The translations under genes were made by a program, and so were the position numbers. Under the pieces are notes generated by a model. The model was not told where the DNA came from, made no database searches, and saw only the letters and a list, made by a program, of their open reading frames with translations. A DNA stretch of 63,339 bases, filler included, from Aduncisulcus paluster (taxonomy: Eukaryota), in NCBI GenBank assembly GCA_024181965.1. It is 7 parts of 7 records of this genome, joined end to end, with 100 filler letters (N's around TTAATTAATTAA, not from the genome) between each part and the next. Parts side by side here need not be neighbours in the genome. Positions count along the whole stretch, not along the records: positions 42,238 to 51,862 come from BQXS01010079.1; positions 51,963 to 55,080 come from BQXS01010080.1; positions 55,181 to 63,339 come from BQXS01010081.1; 4 more parts are not named here. One strand, written 5' to 3'. Of the stretch, positions 45,670 through 57,134 are shown piece after piece; position 1 is the first letter of the stretch, and each line of letters begins with the position of its first letter.

Positions 45670-46009
45670 TAAACCATTTGTCGGCTCTAGATTTCCAACG
45701 AGAGCGAGAATAAATATCATTCATAATTAAGAAATAGATTCCATCATGAACATAACCAGCAAAGCTAAAAATTAAATCAGGAACAAGAGCATCTCCAAAT
45801 CCAATAGGACCACAATAGGTCTTTTCAGGATTAAATGGTCCCAATTTCTCCATAATTAAACGTCGAGTTTTTCTGTACTGATGTTTGGTTATACCCAAAG
45901 AATCCACAATATACTCTTCATCACTGTATTTTTCAAAGGTGTCAAGGGTATTATCCACAGTTGCAAGATCAGATAGATCAGAATCACGCGCACAAGCACA
46001 GAAAGGCAT
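45530..46009 (-). CDS. Small phospholipase A2-fold protein of prokaryote/phage type (159 aa)
   Basis: YCGP...VPDLIFSFAGYVHDGIY...RADKWFRAIM...ADVYYYAVRLLG matches the CG..HDxxY..ADxxF..YYxAVRxxG pattern. Confidence 0.7.
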   Translation of the reverse strand: MPFCACARDSDLSDLATVDNTLDTFEKYSDEEYIVDSLGITKHQYRKTRRLIMEKLGPFNPEKTYCGPIGFGDALVPDLIFSFAGYVHDGIYFLIMNDIYSRSRWKSRADKWFRAIMYRSSDLKLGKFKWIGCRIADVYYYAVRLLGNIVLKKEDDKEE

Positions 46010-46619
46010 TTTGTGTTGACAAATTACAGACCAATTTCAATTAATTCCCGAGGGGCCATAAACAAATAAATACTTCGAAATTTCGATGGTATTTCATTTT
46101 GTATGACCAATGAACAAAAAAATATTTTCATTTTATAAACTAAATATCATGTATGTACCTCGAACAATTTCTTGTTCAAGAATTTGTTAGATTGAGCCTA
46201 AATCAATAAAAAGAATTCCCAAATCAGGAATACTATTTACATATTATTATAATATTGCATATATAATAATGCACTATAATCCAATTAGTTCTTAGCGATA
46301 ATTTTGAATATTAAAATTTTCTTGATATTATATTTAAATATTGTGATAATAAATAATAGTTAGTAATACCATTTATTATTTTGGTTGCGAAAAACGCGAC
46401 TCTTCCTCTCTTCCACAAAGATAGAATTATTTCTTCTTCTATCTTATTAAATATTGAAAGTATGATAATATAAACCCACAAATTTATTCATAAAATCAAA
46501 GATAACTGTTGCACCTATTGTGAATACTATGTAAACTTGCTAAGAGATCTATGGATAAAAATAGCATACAGCAATTTTAAAACCTTAAGTTTTTCCTGCT
46601 GAACCAGAAACAATTAAAG

Positions 46620-46983
46620 ATGAGTGACAGAAAATCCGTTGTTAAGAACGCTGATATGCCCGAAGAGATGCAAGAGGATGCTGTTCGCGTTGCTCGTGAA
46701 GCTTTGGAACGTTTCAACATTGAAAAGGATATTGCTGCTTACATTAAGCGTGATTTTGATAAGAAGCACAACCCTAGCTGGCATTGTATTGTGGGGAAGT
46801 ATGTTTAATTTATATTTTCCTTTTTTTTTATAATTTTTTAGTCGTTTCCATTCATGTCTTCGCTTCGTTTTCGTTTTTCCTTACTTTTTCAGGAACTTTG
46901 GTTCTTACGTCACCCACGAGACCAAGAGATTCATTTATTTCTACATTGGACAACTTGCCGTCCTTCTGTTCAAGAGCGGATAA
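46620..46983 (+). CDS. DYNLL1: Dynein light chain LC8 (89 aa); exons 46620-46798 and 46893-46983
   Basis: [13 protein letters not shown]...[36 protein letters not shown]; spliced length is exactly 89 aa. Confidence 0.97.
46799..46892 (+). other. Spliceosomal intron, 94 nt, phase 2
   Basis: GTATGT...TTTTTCAG; removal restores the invariant LC8 motif CIVGKNFGS. Confidence 0.95.
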
Positions 46984-47344
46984 TTGTAAAAATTTTTTAG
47001 TAAAAGTCAATAATTTGCCATATTATGTTTATTAGTTACAGATTTATAACTCATTTAGAACTTTTAATTTTCAAATATATGATAAATCTTTGTCCGCTCT
47101 GTTCATTTCGAATTTCAAAATTCCAAAAATCAGGGAGTGTACAAAATACAGAGAAAAAATTTAATGGCACAAATAAATATACTTTCTTATAACAATGAAA
47201 GAGATCTTACTAATATTACAAAATAACGAATGATTACAGATTTTCAAATTTCTCGCCATTTTTTCGTAGCTTTGCCCAAATTAAGACGATTTACTTTCTT
47301 TCGTCACAATATTTTGATTTTATTATTGTATTAATATATATTCA

Positions 47345-50300
47345 ATGGATGTAGAAAGTTTTGGCTCTGCTGAAAGCTCGCCTGTTCGTGTTTATGTAAG
47401 ATTGCGGCCTAGAGAAGATGGCAAAGATACTTCCTCCATGTACCAAACAAGAGAAACACCTAATGGCCATGTTGTGTCGCTTTCACATCCTAGTGACTCA
47501 GATAAGCCCACTAGAGAATTCATACTCGACAAAATTATGTTAGAAGATACAAATCAAGAAATAATATTTGATTCGGTTGCCAAACCGTTATGTGATCATG
47601 TTTTACAAGGCTTTAATGCTTGCTGTGTGGCTTATGGCCAAACGGGTGCTGGTAAAACGTATAGTGTTGTGGGTGAATCCCCTGAAACGCGAGGCATTAT
47701 CCCTCGTTCTGCCGAATACATTTTTAAAACAATTAAAAAACGTTCAAGACAAAGAGAATGTTCTGTTTTTGTTTCGTTCGTTGAGATATATCTTGATGCT
47801 GCTTATGATCTTTTGTCCGACAGATGTACCGAACCATTGGCTGTAAGTAGTCTTTCTAAGGCTATGATACCAAAAGGAACCACCAAAGCCTCAGATTTCG
47901 GAGCTAAAGGAAGAAAATCCGATCTTGGAAGAGATTTACGGAGACAACCCTCTAAAAAGTCATATGACGGTCTTGAAACTGAAGAATCCGATCATGCTCG
48001 AGAAGAGAGAAAAACGAGAGAGAGCATGGGAAGCCTTTTGACAAAAATGCCGGGAAGTGAGCGTAATCCTGAGGCATTTGGGGTTGAGTCTCGTTTAAAG
48101 CTCCGTGAGACTGCTGATGGAACTGTTTTTGTTCAAGATCTCAATGTTTCACCAGTGTCTTCCCCTCAAGATGTGTATGCTCTCCTTGATGCTGGAATGG
48201 CGCAAAGAGCCACATTTGGCACTGATATGAATGCCCGTTCTTCCCGTTCTCACACTGTTTTCTCTATTACTATCCTCCAACGTGATAGACGGAGTGGAGA
48301 AGTTGTCCGAGGTACCCTATATGTCCTCGATCTGGCTGGAAGTGAACGTGTCAAGAAGAGTGGCAGTATCGGGCAAAGATTCAAGGAAGCAACCGAGATC
48401 AACAAATCTTTATCCTCCCTTGGTCATGTTATTATGGCCATCAACCGTCGCGATAAACACATTCCTTATAGAGATAGTAAGCTAACACGGATGTTACAGG
48501 ATACATTCGGTGGCAATTCATTCACGACAGTTTTATGTAATGTTAACCCAATGCCAACCCATTATGAAGAATCTCTCAGCACCCTCCAGTTCGCTAACCG
48601 ATGCCGAAACGTCACCAATCAACCTCGTGTCAATTTTGTACCTGTAAGTGCTGAAGTCACAGAGGTTCAGGTTCAAGCGATGCAAGAGGAAATCGCTGAA
48701 CTCAAATCAACCCTCCAGAAACAGAAAATGACATCTGATCGTGAAATCGAAGAGCTCAAGACTCGTCTTGTTACGACTGAAGATCAATTGAAGGTAGTTG
48801 AAGAAGAAAGGAGACGATATGGATCCTTCACACCCACTGGAAGGGGCAAAGATGATATTGTGGATAGTGAAAAAGAGCAAATTGCTAAACGATTCAATTC
48901 AAGAAATCAGCAGCTTCAAGAGAAATTGGACCAGCGGCAAAGGGATTTCAGGGCAGTTCAGTCCCGTGTAAAGGCAGAACGGGAAAGAATGAGGAGTGAA
49001 AGTGAAGTACAACGTTTAAAAATACTCGAGCTCTTGAACGATGTGAAAGTCGGCCGGTCAGAGTTCGCAGCAGCCTTGAATGAGCAAATGGAAGCCCATG
49101 AAAGGGAAGTTGAGGAGTTAATTGCGCACAATCAGTGTCTTTTGATGCAAGCCACAAGTCTCCTTGATCCCCGAGTTGCACTTGCACTTGATATCCTTGC
49201 CAAACGAAAGGATACTGAGGATAAGAGGAACGAAGAGAAACGAATGAGGGGGTTCTTGAAGACACCAAGACGGCCAGCATCTGCATCCAGACCGTATTCT
49301 GCAACGAAACAATTGGAAACCAGTTCTGTTCTTTCTGGCACCCTTAGCCGGCCATGTTCCGGTTCTGCCCGGCAATGTCTCTCCCTACGGGATAAAATGG
49401 AAAAAGATCGACTTCGTGAAGAAGAGCAAAGAGTTGAACATTTTAAGAAAGCCCTTCAGATGCTTGGTGCCCTTGGAGATGACGGCAAGATTACTCAGGT
49501 AAGGACTGTTCGGAGAGGCAGCGATGGTGATGAGGAAGATCTTGTTGTCGGTGGAGCCGATCTTTCTTCAAAAGACGCAAGACATCCCCATGATAGTTCT
49601 GCTCGTGCTCTTCATGACAAACACCAACTCCCATTCAGCTCTTTGCGTGGCCCTGTTCGTCCTTCGTCTTCATTATCTTCAGTCTCATCTTCTTCTGCTT
49701 TCTCACAGCAAGATTTTGAGAATGCCATAACTGCTGTTGAAAAGGCTAAGGACAAGGCCATTCTTGATGCTCAACGTCGTTTTGCCACCAAACTCGAGGA
49801 AAGGGATTCTCAATTGGAAAAGTTAATAGTCAGTCACAATGAATTTGTTGCAAAGCGTGATGCTGAGATTCGGTCATATAAACGTGCTTTGTTTTGGAGT
49901 ATGCAAGAAAGTTCCAGGATTGGGAAGGTTATTGATACTGCTTGCCAAGGTGGATATGATTGCGTTGTAGTTCGTGGGAGAAGCGTACTAAGGATACCTC
50001 CAACTGATCTCCCAAAGCCCCATCCTCGTTTCGTTGCAAAGAGATCCTCTGAAGCATCTAGCTTTGTCCGCCAACAGCTTGGAACCCCTGACATTTCTTC
50101 CTCCTTTGTTCTTCATGATGAGAGTGCCTGCTCCACTCCTTCGTTATCTGGCGGTTCCATTTCATCTGCCGTTCCCAGTGCCAAGAAGAGAGTTATTCCC
50201 CAATTGTATGATGAGTCTACCTCACTGCATTCATTGCGGCGAGGGAGTGATTCCGGTGTTCATCATGTCTCCCGTGATGTGATTGAATCAATGCGCCCCA

Positions 50301-50605
50301 ATACTACCGGCGTTGGTATCCCTACTCTCCCTCACCCACCCTCAACGCCCCCTCATCCCAGACATCTTTCCTCAAGAGCTCCCGTGAGCACCTCGCACAC
50401 AATTGGACCCATGTCTTCCCAATCGAGGGGAGTTGTTCCCAGAGCACAAACCATGGCCCATGCCGGCTTTGGCAGTTTGTCAACCAAGGAGATCAGAGCT
50501 CATCGCAAGGGAGAGGCAAAGATTGTAACACCAAGATATTCAACCAAGACTCTCACTGATCGTAGGGCATATAAACTGAGCTGGAATGCTCGAAAGAAGT
50601 GGTAA
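47345..50605 (+). CDS. Kinesin, N-terminal motor with coiled-coil stalk (1086 aa)
   Basis: VRVYVRLRP, AYGQTGAGKT, SFVEIY, NARSSRSH, DLAGSER, HIPYRDSKLTRML. Confidence 0.96.
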   Translation: MDVESFGSAESSPVRVYVRLRPREDGKDTSSMYQTRETPNGHVVSLSHPSDSDKPTREFILDKIMLEDTNQEIIFDSVAKPLCDHVLQGFNACCVAYGQTGAGKTYSVVGESPETRGIIPRSAEYIFKTIKKRSRQRECSVFVSFVEIYLDAAYDLLSDRCTEPLAVSSLSKAMIPKGTTKASDFGAKGRKSDLGRDLRRQPSKKSYDGLETEESDHAREERKTRESMGSLLTKMPGSERNPEAFGVESRLKLRETADGTVFVQDLNVSPVSSPQDVYALLDAGMAQRATFGTDMNARSSRSHTVFSITILQRDRRSGEVVRGTLYVLDLAGSERVKKSGSIGQRFKEATEINKSLSSLGHVIMAINRRDKHIPYRDSKLTRMLQDTFGGNSFTTVLCNVNPMPTHYEESLSTLQFANRCRNVTNQPRVNFVPVSAEVTEVQVQAMQEEIAELKSTLQKQKMTSDREIEELKTRLVTTEDQLKVVEEERRRYGSFTPTGRGKDDIVDSEKEQIAKRFNSRNQQLQEKLDQRQRDFRAVQSRVKAERERMRSESEVQRLKILELLNDVKVGRSEFAAALNEQMEAHEREVEELIAHNQCLLMQATSLLDPRVALALDILAKRKDTEDKRNEEKRMRGFLKTPRRPASASRPYSATKQLETSSVLSGTLSRPCSGSARQCLSLRDKMEKDRLREEEQRVEHFKKALQMLGALGDDGKITQVRTVRRGSDGDEEDLVVGGADLSSKDARHPHDSSARALHDKHQLPFSSLRGPVRPSSSLSSVSSSSAFSQQDFENAITAVEKAKDKAILDAQRRFATKLEERDSQLEKLIVSHNEFVAKRDAEIRSYKRALFWSMQESSRIGKVIDTACQGGYDCVVVRGRSVLRIPPTDLPKPHPRFVAKRSSEASSFVRQQLGTPDISSSFVLHDESACSTPSLSGGSISSAVPSAKKRVIPQLYDESTSLHSLRRGSDSGVHHVSRDVIESMRPNTTGVGIPTLPHPPSTPPHPRHLSSRAPVSTSHTIGPMSSQSRGVVPRAQTMAHAGFGSLSTKEIRAHRKGEAKIVTPRYSTKTLTDRRAYKLSWNARKKW

Positions 50606-51100
50606 TATCCCATTTATGTGGATTTTTCAATATATTTTTTATTTTTCACGTTATTAGTGTTGCGTAGATGCAAATTTGATTAGACATTCCCATTTTATTC
50701 TCGTTCTTTTCGCATTCGGATATTCGTCGTTTGAGAACTCTATTAATGAGGATCTTAGTCAAACACATTCTATTTTGATATTCTCTAAAAATAGACAATT
50801 TCCAGCTGTTACATAAGGAGAATCAATCATCATTAAAATATGAAATGGATGATTTGTATTTTTTGAGTGTATATTGCTTGTTTGCAATATCATTAATATG
50901 CCAGAATAACATGACGTGTACAATCCAAATGTATAACATATAACTGCAATCAAAGAAATTGATGTGAAAGTCATCAGCCAATTTGCAAGTTTAACCTCGA
51001 TATTTGAATAAAGATTTATAACATATCCTCAAATACAAAAGTCATCAACTCCTCCATTATTTGAGTCGAACGTAGCACATGTGCTAAGCACACAAGACAA

Positions 51101-51862
51101 TCACAATACTGGAGACCAGCCAGGAAACATTCTTGACAAGTTATCAAGGCTGGTTGCACTATCGATCAAGGTGAGAGCTGCAACTCTTGGATTGAGTTTA
51201 GATCCCCATTCTTTAAGTTTCAGCCTATTTTCAATTCCTTTTGCCCTCATTTTATATTTGGCTTGGTGAGACATAGATTCTCGTGTCAACAAAAACAGCG
51301 ACCACTCAATACTCCTCAATACTTCATACAAAACATCACTATTATTCTCGAAAATCCTCAGAACTTTTTCAAAAATATTCAAAAATCTTCCCCAAGGGCC
51401 GAACAATCCCAATGCGTGAACCAAGTTCGGTGTGAGTCTGAAAGGCACTATTTCAGGAACCCCTAAGTTTTGCCTCAAAAAGATATATTCGAAATCAATA
51501 TGATGGATTGTGAAATTATTGACTTTCACGAGAATGTTCTCACAATGCCGATCACCAAGGTCAAGTACCCAACACATAACACTCCACGCAGCCATACTCT
51601 CGTTGAAATTAATCAGTCGAGAGTACCACTGGGACGGTTGAGTGATTTGCACGGATCGACTGATGGATTGATAGGCCTCAATTCCTAACTTTGGAGGAGA
51701 TTCACGGACCAGTTGAGCATATTTCTTTGGATTATAATGCAGTGGACATTCCTCTTGTGAGAAATACTTTATATATTCACGCTCAGCATGTTTTTTTGGA
51801 CCTGGACCCATGTGATGTTGAATACACCTCATCAGTGAGGAGACATTTGGAATAATTTCGAC
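51101..51862 (-). CDS. PIKK kinase C-terminus with FATC domain, ATR/Mec1-like; 5'-truncated
   Basis: LGDRHCENIL, HIDF, PEIVPFRLTPNLV and the FATC-like LIDSATSLDNLSRMFPGWSPVL*; frame open to scaffold end. Confidence 0.85.
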   Translation of the reverse strand, partial: VEIIPNVSSLMRCIQHHMGPGPKKHAEREYIKYFSQEECPLHYNPKKYAQLVRESPPKLGIEAYQSISRSVQITQPSQWYSRLINFNESMAAWSVMCWVLDLGDRHCENILVKVNNFTIHHIDFEYIFLRQNLGVPEIVPFRLTPNLVHALGLFGPWGRFLNIFEKVLRIFENNSDVLYEVLRSIEWSLFLLTRESMSHQAKYKMRAKGIENRLKLKEWGSKLNPRVAALTLIDSATSLDNLSRMFPGWSPVL

Positions 51863-51962
51863 NNNNNNNNNNNNNNNNNNNNNNNNNNNNNNNNNNNNNN
51901 NNNNNNTTAATTAATTAANNNNNNNNNNNNNNNNNNNNNNNNNNNNNNNNNNNNNNNNNNNN
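51863..51962. other. Artificial scaffold-concatenation linker
   Basis: N44-TTAATTAATTAA-N44. Confidence 0.97.
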
Positions 51963-52734
51963 GAGATACTTCTTGATCATTATCAAGCTGCAAGGCATAC
52001 CCAAGGGTTGGGAGGTATAAATCTTTGGTTCCCTTGAATAGATGATCACTTGTACATATATATTCTTTCTTATTATACTGGAATATGTCAAAGACAGCAC
52101 TGGGCATCAGGAAAGGAAGATCATCAGAACTCCAATTATTGTCTTCTTGCAAATATTGAATTCTATCATATAACCAAGCGTCATAATCATCCGCAGTTGA
52201 TGAAGAAGAACCTTGAGAAAAGCTCGGGAAATAGGCAGTTTCAGCGGGATCAGAAACATCGGTACTACTGGTATCTTGCCATCTTAAATATGGAGGATCA
52301 ATGCTTGTGTCATCTCCACTTGAGTTCACTCCAAGCCCTAAAGTTCCAAGCATACCATAATCAGTGGAACTAGAGAAAGTAATGTCTGTGGTAGGTAAAT
52401 ATCCAATGTCAGTGATAAGATCATCACTAGGATTAGATGGATATGTAAAATTCATCAATGTAATAACATCTTGTCCACCTCCACTGGCGGCAGAATATGG
52501 TAAAAGCTTGGCCTCATCTGAAGTTACAATATGAGCGGGCTGAGGAGGAGAATCTTGACCTTTAATAAGAACAGTGATCAATCCCACGAAAAAAATGAGT
52601 ACAATTGGTATAATAAGTTCCCACACAATGAAGCAACAGTTCCTGGTAAGAAGAGCGACTTCCTTCTTCATTAATGCAGAAAATTGCCGGCTTATACCCA
52701 CAGGGATATTATAACCATATTTGTCCCTTGCCAT
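51963..52734 (-). CDS. ABC transporter subfamily A, N-terminal fragment
   Basis: RQFSALMKKEVALLTRN...WELIIPIVLIFFVGLI is the typical ABCA N-terminal motif plus TM1, followed by an extracellular domain. Confidence 0.7.
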
Positions 52735-52942
52735 TGGCAACTGAAGTAATCAAAACAACTTTTCGAGGAGAGGGTGTTCTCTCCTCAATAGCAAGCTCTA
52801 TTTTCTTAAATGAGATTAATTATGACGAAAATAATAAACTGTTTTATAAAAATATCCCCGAAATCCAGTCGTAAGACTTCATAATCTCGACATAAGATGA
52901 TAATTTGATTTTGGTCTCATATTGCTGCTTAATATTTGTGAA

Positions 52943-55080
52943 ATGGACATGAAACCCAATTTTCCAGCATTATGTAAGACAATTCCTCCTTTTATTATGC
53001 CAGAAACGACAGAACCATACTCCAGTGTTCGTCACCCCTCTTTCTCCCTACCTTCAAGACAGAAACAAATATTATCATCAGATATCCCAGTTAATCCAAG
53101 GTTAATAACTTTATCAACCCCTAAAACTAAGGAACAACGACCCCAACAACCTCGAAAAAAAGTATTGCCTGAAAAAAAGCCTTATCGCCGAACCCAGAAG
53201 GTGATCGCGGTGAATTCTCTATCAGACGATACTTTATTGAATAATACTAGCATTTTTAGTTCAGCCAAAACGTTTTCACAGCATTCTAACCCAATTCCCA
53301 GTTCATTGGGTAAATCAATCCATACTAGATTAAAATCCCCACTTATGTCCCCTATTCCACATCCCCCTTCAACATCATCAATTCTTGATCGTGCTAAGTC
53401 TTCTCGTACCTCATTCTCAAAAAATTCTAATCCTTTTTCTGCTTCTCAAAGTTCTTCCGCTCCTCGATATAGAAGACCCTCTGAACTACGGCCTCACACC
53501 CATTCTGGTCAAGTTTCATCGACTGAACTCTCTGAAGCACGACTCAACAAAGAAAGTCAAATGATTTCAATATCTGAGCATGAAGTAAGTGATCTCGTAA
53601 GTTCAGCAATTCCATTTGAAGATCTTTCTCCATATATGAATATTGAAATGGTAAAAAGGGAAATAATTGAGGGCCATAAGATTCTATCTCGTGATTCAGA
53701 TCACCAAACTCCATCATTTTCTCCTGTACCAGAATCTTCATCTCTTTCATCAATTCTTGCTTCATATCTCTCCTTATTTTCGTCTTCATCGGGTTCTTTC
53801 CTCGATGGAATGCTTCAATCAGCCCTAAAACCTCTAACTCCTCCCCATTCTCATGTAGTCACTAGTACTCTTTCTTCCTTGCTTCCCCTTGCTCTATGTG
53901 TCGTTATGACCTCCCCTATTCCACCCAAACAGTGCTATAGGTATATTGTCACTAAAAATAGATCGGTGTGGACAACTGTTGTCTTCCCTCCATTACATCC
54001 TTCCAGTGAGGTCGATTCGCTCATTCTGGAGGCATGGTTAAAATATATAAACGATAGATACATTTTAAAGATTGATACTGCCTTGCAACGAATCGTACAA
54101 CGTGAATATGAGACAAAATCGTTTTCCATGACCCGACACTTTGATGAACGTTATTCCTTAACTCGTGATGAGGATTTATCCCATCCTTCAACACTGTCCA
54201 CTCTGATATCCCTTTCATTCCGTATTCTTTGTGAGAGTGGACGTATTCTAAACATGTTCACTGCCAACTCTCCTGCTCTGTCCGTAGTATCAGTCGCAGT
54301 ATCCCTTTTTCTCCCTTTATTCTCCTCACTGACGACGTCGTCACACCAACATCTCACTCACCTCACCACTCTTCATTCTGCAGAACTCTCTAGTGTATTG
54401 GAGAAACTTCATACGTGTGAGTCTGAGCTCAAAAAGATCACTGCGGACAAGAATTCTATCTGGAAGATGTATGAACGTCTTCAACGTGATCATGTTGAGC
54501 TTAAGGACACACACTCCCTCGTTCGTCAAGAGTGTGACTCTTTGAAGCAAAGATACAATCTCACTCTGCGTGAACTTAGCACTATCGCCGTCGGAGAGGA
54601 CATGTTCGTCGAAAAGAAGCTTCGTAAAGAGAGTCTCGGTGTAAGATGTGTCAGAGGTCTTGAGAATGAGATTGGAATAAGAGTGACCGATGGAAGGAAA
54701 AAGAAGCGAAAAGTGGATGCGTCAAACGAAAAGGAAGACATTGACTTTTCAAGCAAAATTCTTGTCGATACCTTCAATTCAAAGGAAAACATAAGTTACC
54801 AGGTCATGGATAAGTCGAAATTCCTTGAGTTTGTCTCAAGAGTTCTCGGTGAAGAGATTTATCTGAAAGACCAAGTGGAGGAGGAGAAAGAGAAAGAAAG
54901 GAAATTGATGGAGCGTCGTTTAAGGGTAGAGTGGGAGCTCGACGATGAATATGAAGAGGAGGAGGAAGAGGAAGAAGGGAAGATGCAATCTCATATCATA
55001 CCAGCTGGTGGATCTCCCAATCAATCATCTGGACAATGGCATGATGTTCCAGCATCCCTTGTCTCCACTGATCCCCATTC
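52943..55080 (+). CDS. Hypothetical protein with Ser/Pro-rich N-terminus and coiled coil; weak resemblance to axonemal dynein light chain domain proteins; 3'-truncated
   Basis: Long ORF; VFPPLHPSSEVDSLILEAWL and ILCESGRILNMF loosely recall the Ax_dynein_light pattern. The family call is weak. Confidence 0.65.
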
Positions 55081-55180
55081 NNNNNNNNNNNNNNNNNNNN
55101 NNNNNNNNNNNNNNNNNNNNNNNNTTAATTAATTAANNNNNNNNNNNNNNNNNNNNNNNNNNNNNNNNNNNNNNNNNNNN
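55081..55180. other. Artificial scaffold-concatenation linker
   Basis: N44-TTAATTAATTAA-N44. Confidence 0.97.
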
Positions 55181-55631
55181 AATGCTATTTAATAACATGG
55201 ATACATTTCCATTTCATTTCTATCCTTATCCTTGCTTTTCTGTTTATTTTCACTTGCTTTTGCTTACAATCAAAAATATCAAGAACTCGGAATATGATGG
55301 TATACATATGTCTGTATACTGCTACGAATCTAATCCCCTGATGCTTCATGGAACATGACATTTCCTCCAACTCCCGCTCCAACTCCAATTCCAACTCCAA
55401 CTCTATATCCAATGCCAATTCCTGATTATCTGATACATTTAATACTGAGATTTGTGCTATTTCACCCTAGATTGACAATGTGATAATCATGGAAAGTGAT
55501 ATCGTATGTTTTTTGAATTCAGTTGGAATGGGTATGATTATCAGTGGTTGGGATGAAGCCTTTCTTACATTAAGTGTTGGTGAAAGAGCCACGATTGTAA
55601 TCAAATCGATCCTGAGTATGGTTATGGTGTC
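55181..55631 (+). repeat. Direct repeat copy 1 (at least 451 bp, cut by scaffold start)
   Basis: Matches 57494-57944 at offset 2313; only two substitutions seen. Confidence 0.92.
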
Positions 55632-55718
55632 CATGCCACGGGCCGTGGAGCTGGCGATTCTATTCCACCTGATTCCACTCTCATATTTGATGTTGAATTA
55701 TTAGGAATCAAGAAATAA
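55512..55718 (+). pseudogene. FKBP-type PPIase pseudogene (C-terminal half, two frameshifts)
   Basis: FEF / VGMGMIISGWDEAFLTLSVGERATIVI / IDPEYGYG...RGAGDSIPPDSTLIFDVELLGIKK* are read across frame changes; N-terminal half absent. Confidence 0.85.
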
Positions 55719-55994
55719 CGCCTGAAAAGAACAAACGAATTGATTTTATTGGTTTTTAGATTTATTTTCTCTTGCTCAGAAATCAAAGTTCTCAAAACCA
55801 GTTTGAGAATCTCTTTCCAGGACAATACATTGAATGCATTGCATTCGTCTTTCGTTTCCAACTCATAGACCCTATGACATAAGGATTTTGTCCAACAATC
55901 TAGAATAAAGACCCCGGAAATAAAAACAGGTGTTTTTATGATTCTTCACTCAATATTAGCATTTCATACCATTTCTTCAAGAAATTTTCTTGAA

Positions 55995-57134
55995 TTATTT
56001 CCATGGAAGCAGAGATAATCGTTCAGCTTCAATGGTTTCCCGTGAAATAGTAAAAACAAGGGAGCGGATGTAGAAATATCGACTATTCTTCTTTTCCCAC
56101 ATTCCTTTCCCTTCAATCTCACACAATACAACATTATCCAAGTCAATAGGAAGGAAGTGCAATTCATATTTATGTTCAGGTTCTGTGAATTCATACTTTT
56201 TGTTTATCTTCTTACCATCACAATCAGTGAACGTGAAGAGAAGAGAGGGTGAACTGATATCCTTAATCACACAGATATAGGCACCTTTCATTGGACTAGG
56301 TAATGGGAAAGGGATGGAAAGATGGGATAAGCAAACATTGGATAACCATACATAACATTCCCCTTTTAACATTCTTTGTGCATCTGGACTCCGGTCATAA
56401 AACTTCGATTCCTTACTATACAAATCAACCTTGCACTTAACCATTGAGAATGAAGGATCAAGATCCACAAGCTTTGGATCAGCACGTGGAATGGGAATAG
56501 AATCTCTACCTTCAGAATCATAACCTCCTTCCTTAACAAACTCTGCTTTCACAACTTGAGCTTCAGACCATAATTTCTCTTTGGCTTCACGAGATGTGAT
56601 TTCTTCAGGGGTTTCTTTTCTAATGAAAACAAGAGATTTGAGTCGAAAAGATTCTTCCTCTCTTCCTTTCCCTGTAATATCACACAGAACAACATCAGGG
56701 AGATCAACAGGAAGGAAATACCAACGATCATCATAAAATTCAGGAAATTCGTATTTCTTGGATGTTTTATCACCCTTTGAAGATGTGAGAGTGAAGATAA
56801 GGTGCGATGGAGGTGAAGACTCACCAATTAGACAGATATAAGCCCCTTTCATTGGGGAAGATGAAGAGAAAGGAATGGAGATATGGGTAAAGTTTCCTTC
56901 ATTATACTCTCCTTCCACCATCTTTTTTGCAGTATAACTCCGATCGTACCATAATTTACCTTCCTTGGTTCCATCTATTGCTTTGATAGTAGGAAACTCT
57001 GCACTCTTAATATTGGGGGCATCTCTAGGAATTGGACAGCAATGGTATTCTCCTTCATGAACAAACTCAGGTTTCACAGTTTGAATAACAGAAGCTATGG
57101 ATGAACTCATTTGTACACTTTCAGTTGAACCCAT
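55995..57134 (-). CDS. Lineage-specific protein with two tandem ~170-aa domains and an N-myristoylation-like start (379 aa)
   Basis: Internal repeat EFVHEG..PIPRD..YDRS..HISIPF..SPMKGAYIC..KKYEF..FLPVDL..SLVF occurs twice; begins MGSTES. Confidence 0.88.
   Translation of the reverse strand: MGSTESVQMSSSIASVIQTVKPEFVHEGEYHCCPIPRDAPNIKSAEFPTIKAIDGTKEGKLWYDRSYTAKKMVEGEYNEGNFTHISIPFSSSSPMKGAYICLIGESSPPSHLIFTLTSSKGDKTSKKYEFPEFYDDRWYFLPVDLPDVVLCDITGKGREEESFRLKSLVFIRKETPEEITSREAKEKLWSEAQVVKAEFVKEGGYDSEGRDSIPIPRADPKLVDLDPSFSMVKCKVDLYSKESKFYDRSPDAQRMLKGECYVWLSNVCLSHLSIPFPLPSPMKGAYICVIKDISSPSLLFTFTDCDGKKINKKYEFTEPEHKYELHFLPIDLDNVVLCEIEGKGMWEKKNSRYFYIRSLVFTISRETIEAERLSLLPWK

Noticed and set aside
55185..55418. 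ORF MALDIELELELELERELEE (also 57498-57731) and the opposite-strand Pro-Thr mini-ORF
   Set aside because: Products of a CCAACT hexamer microsatellite in the repeat; no support as real genes.
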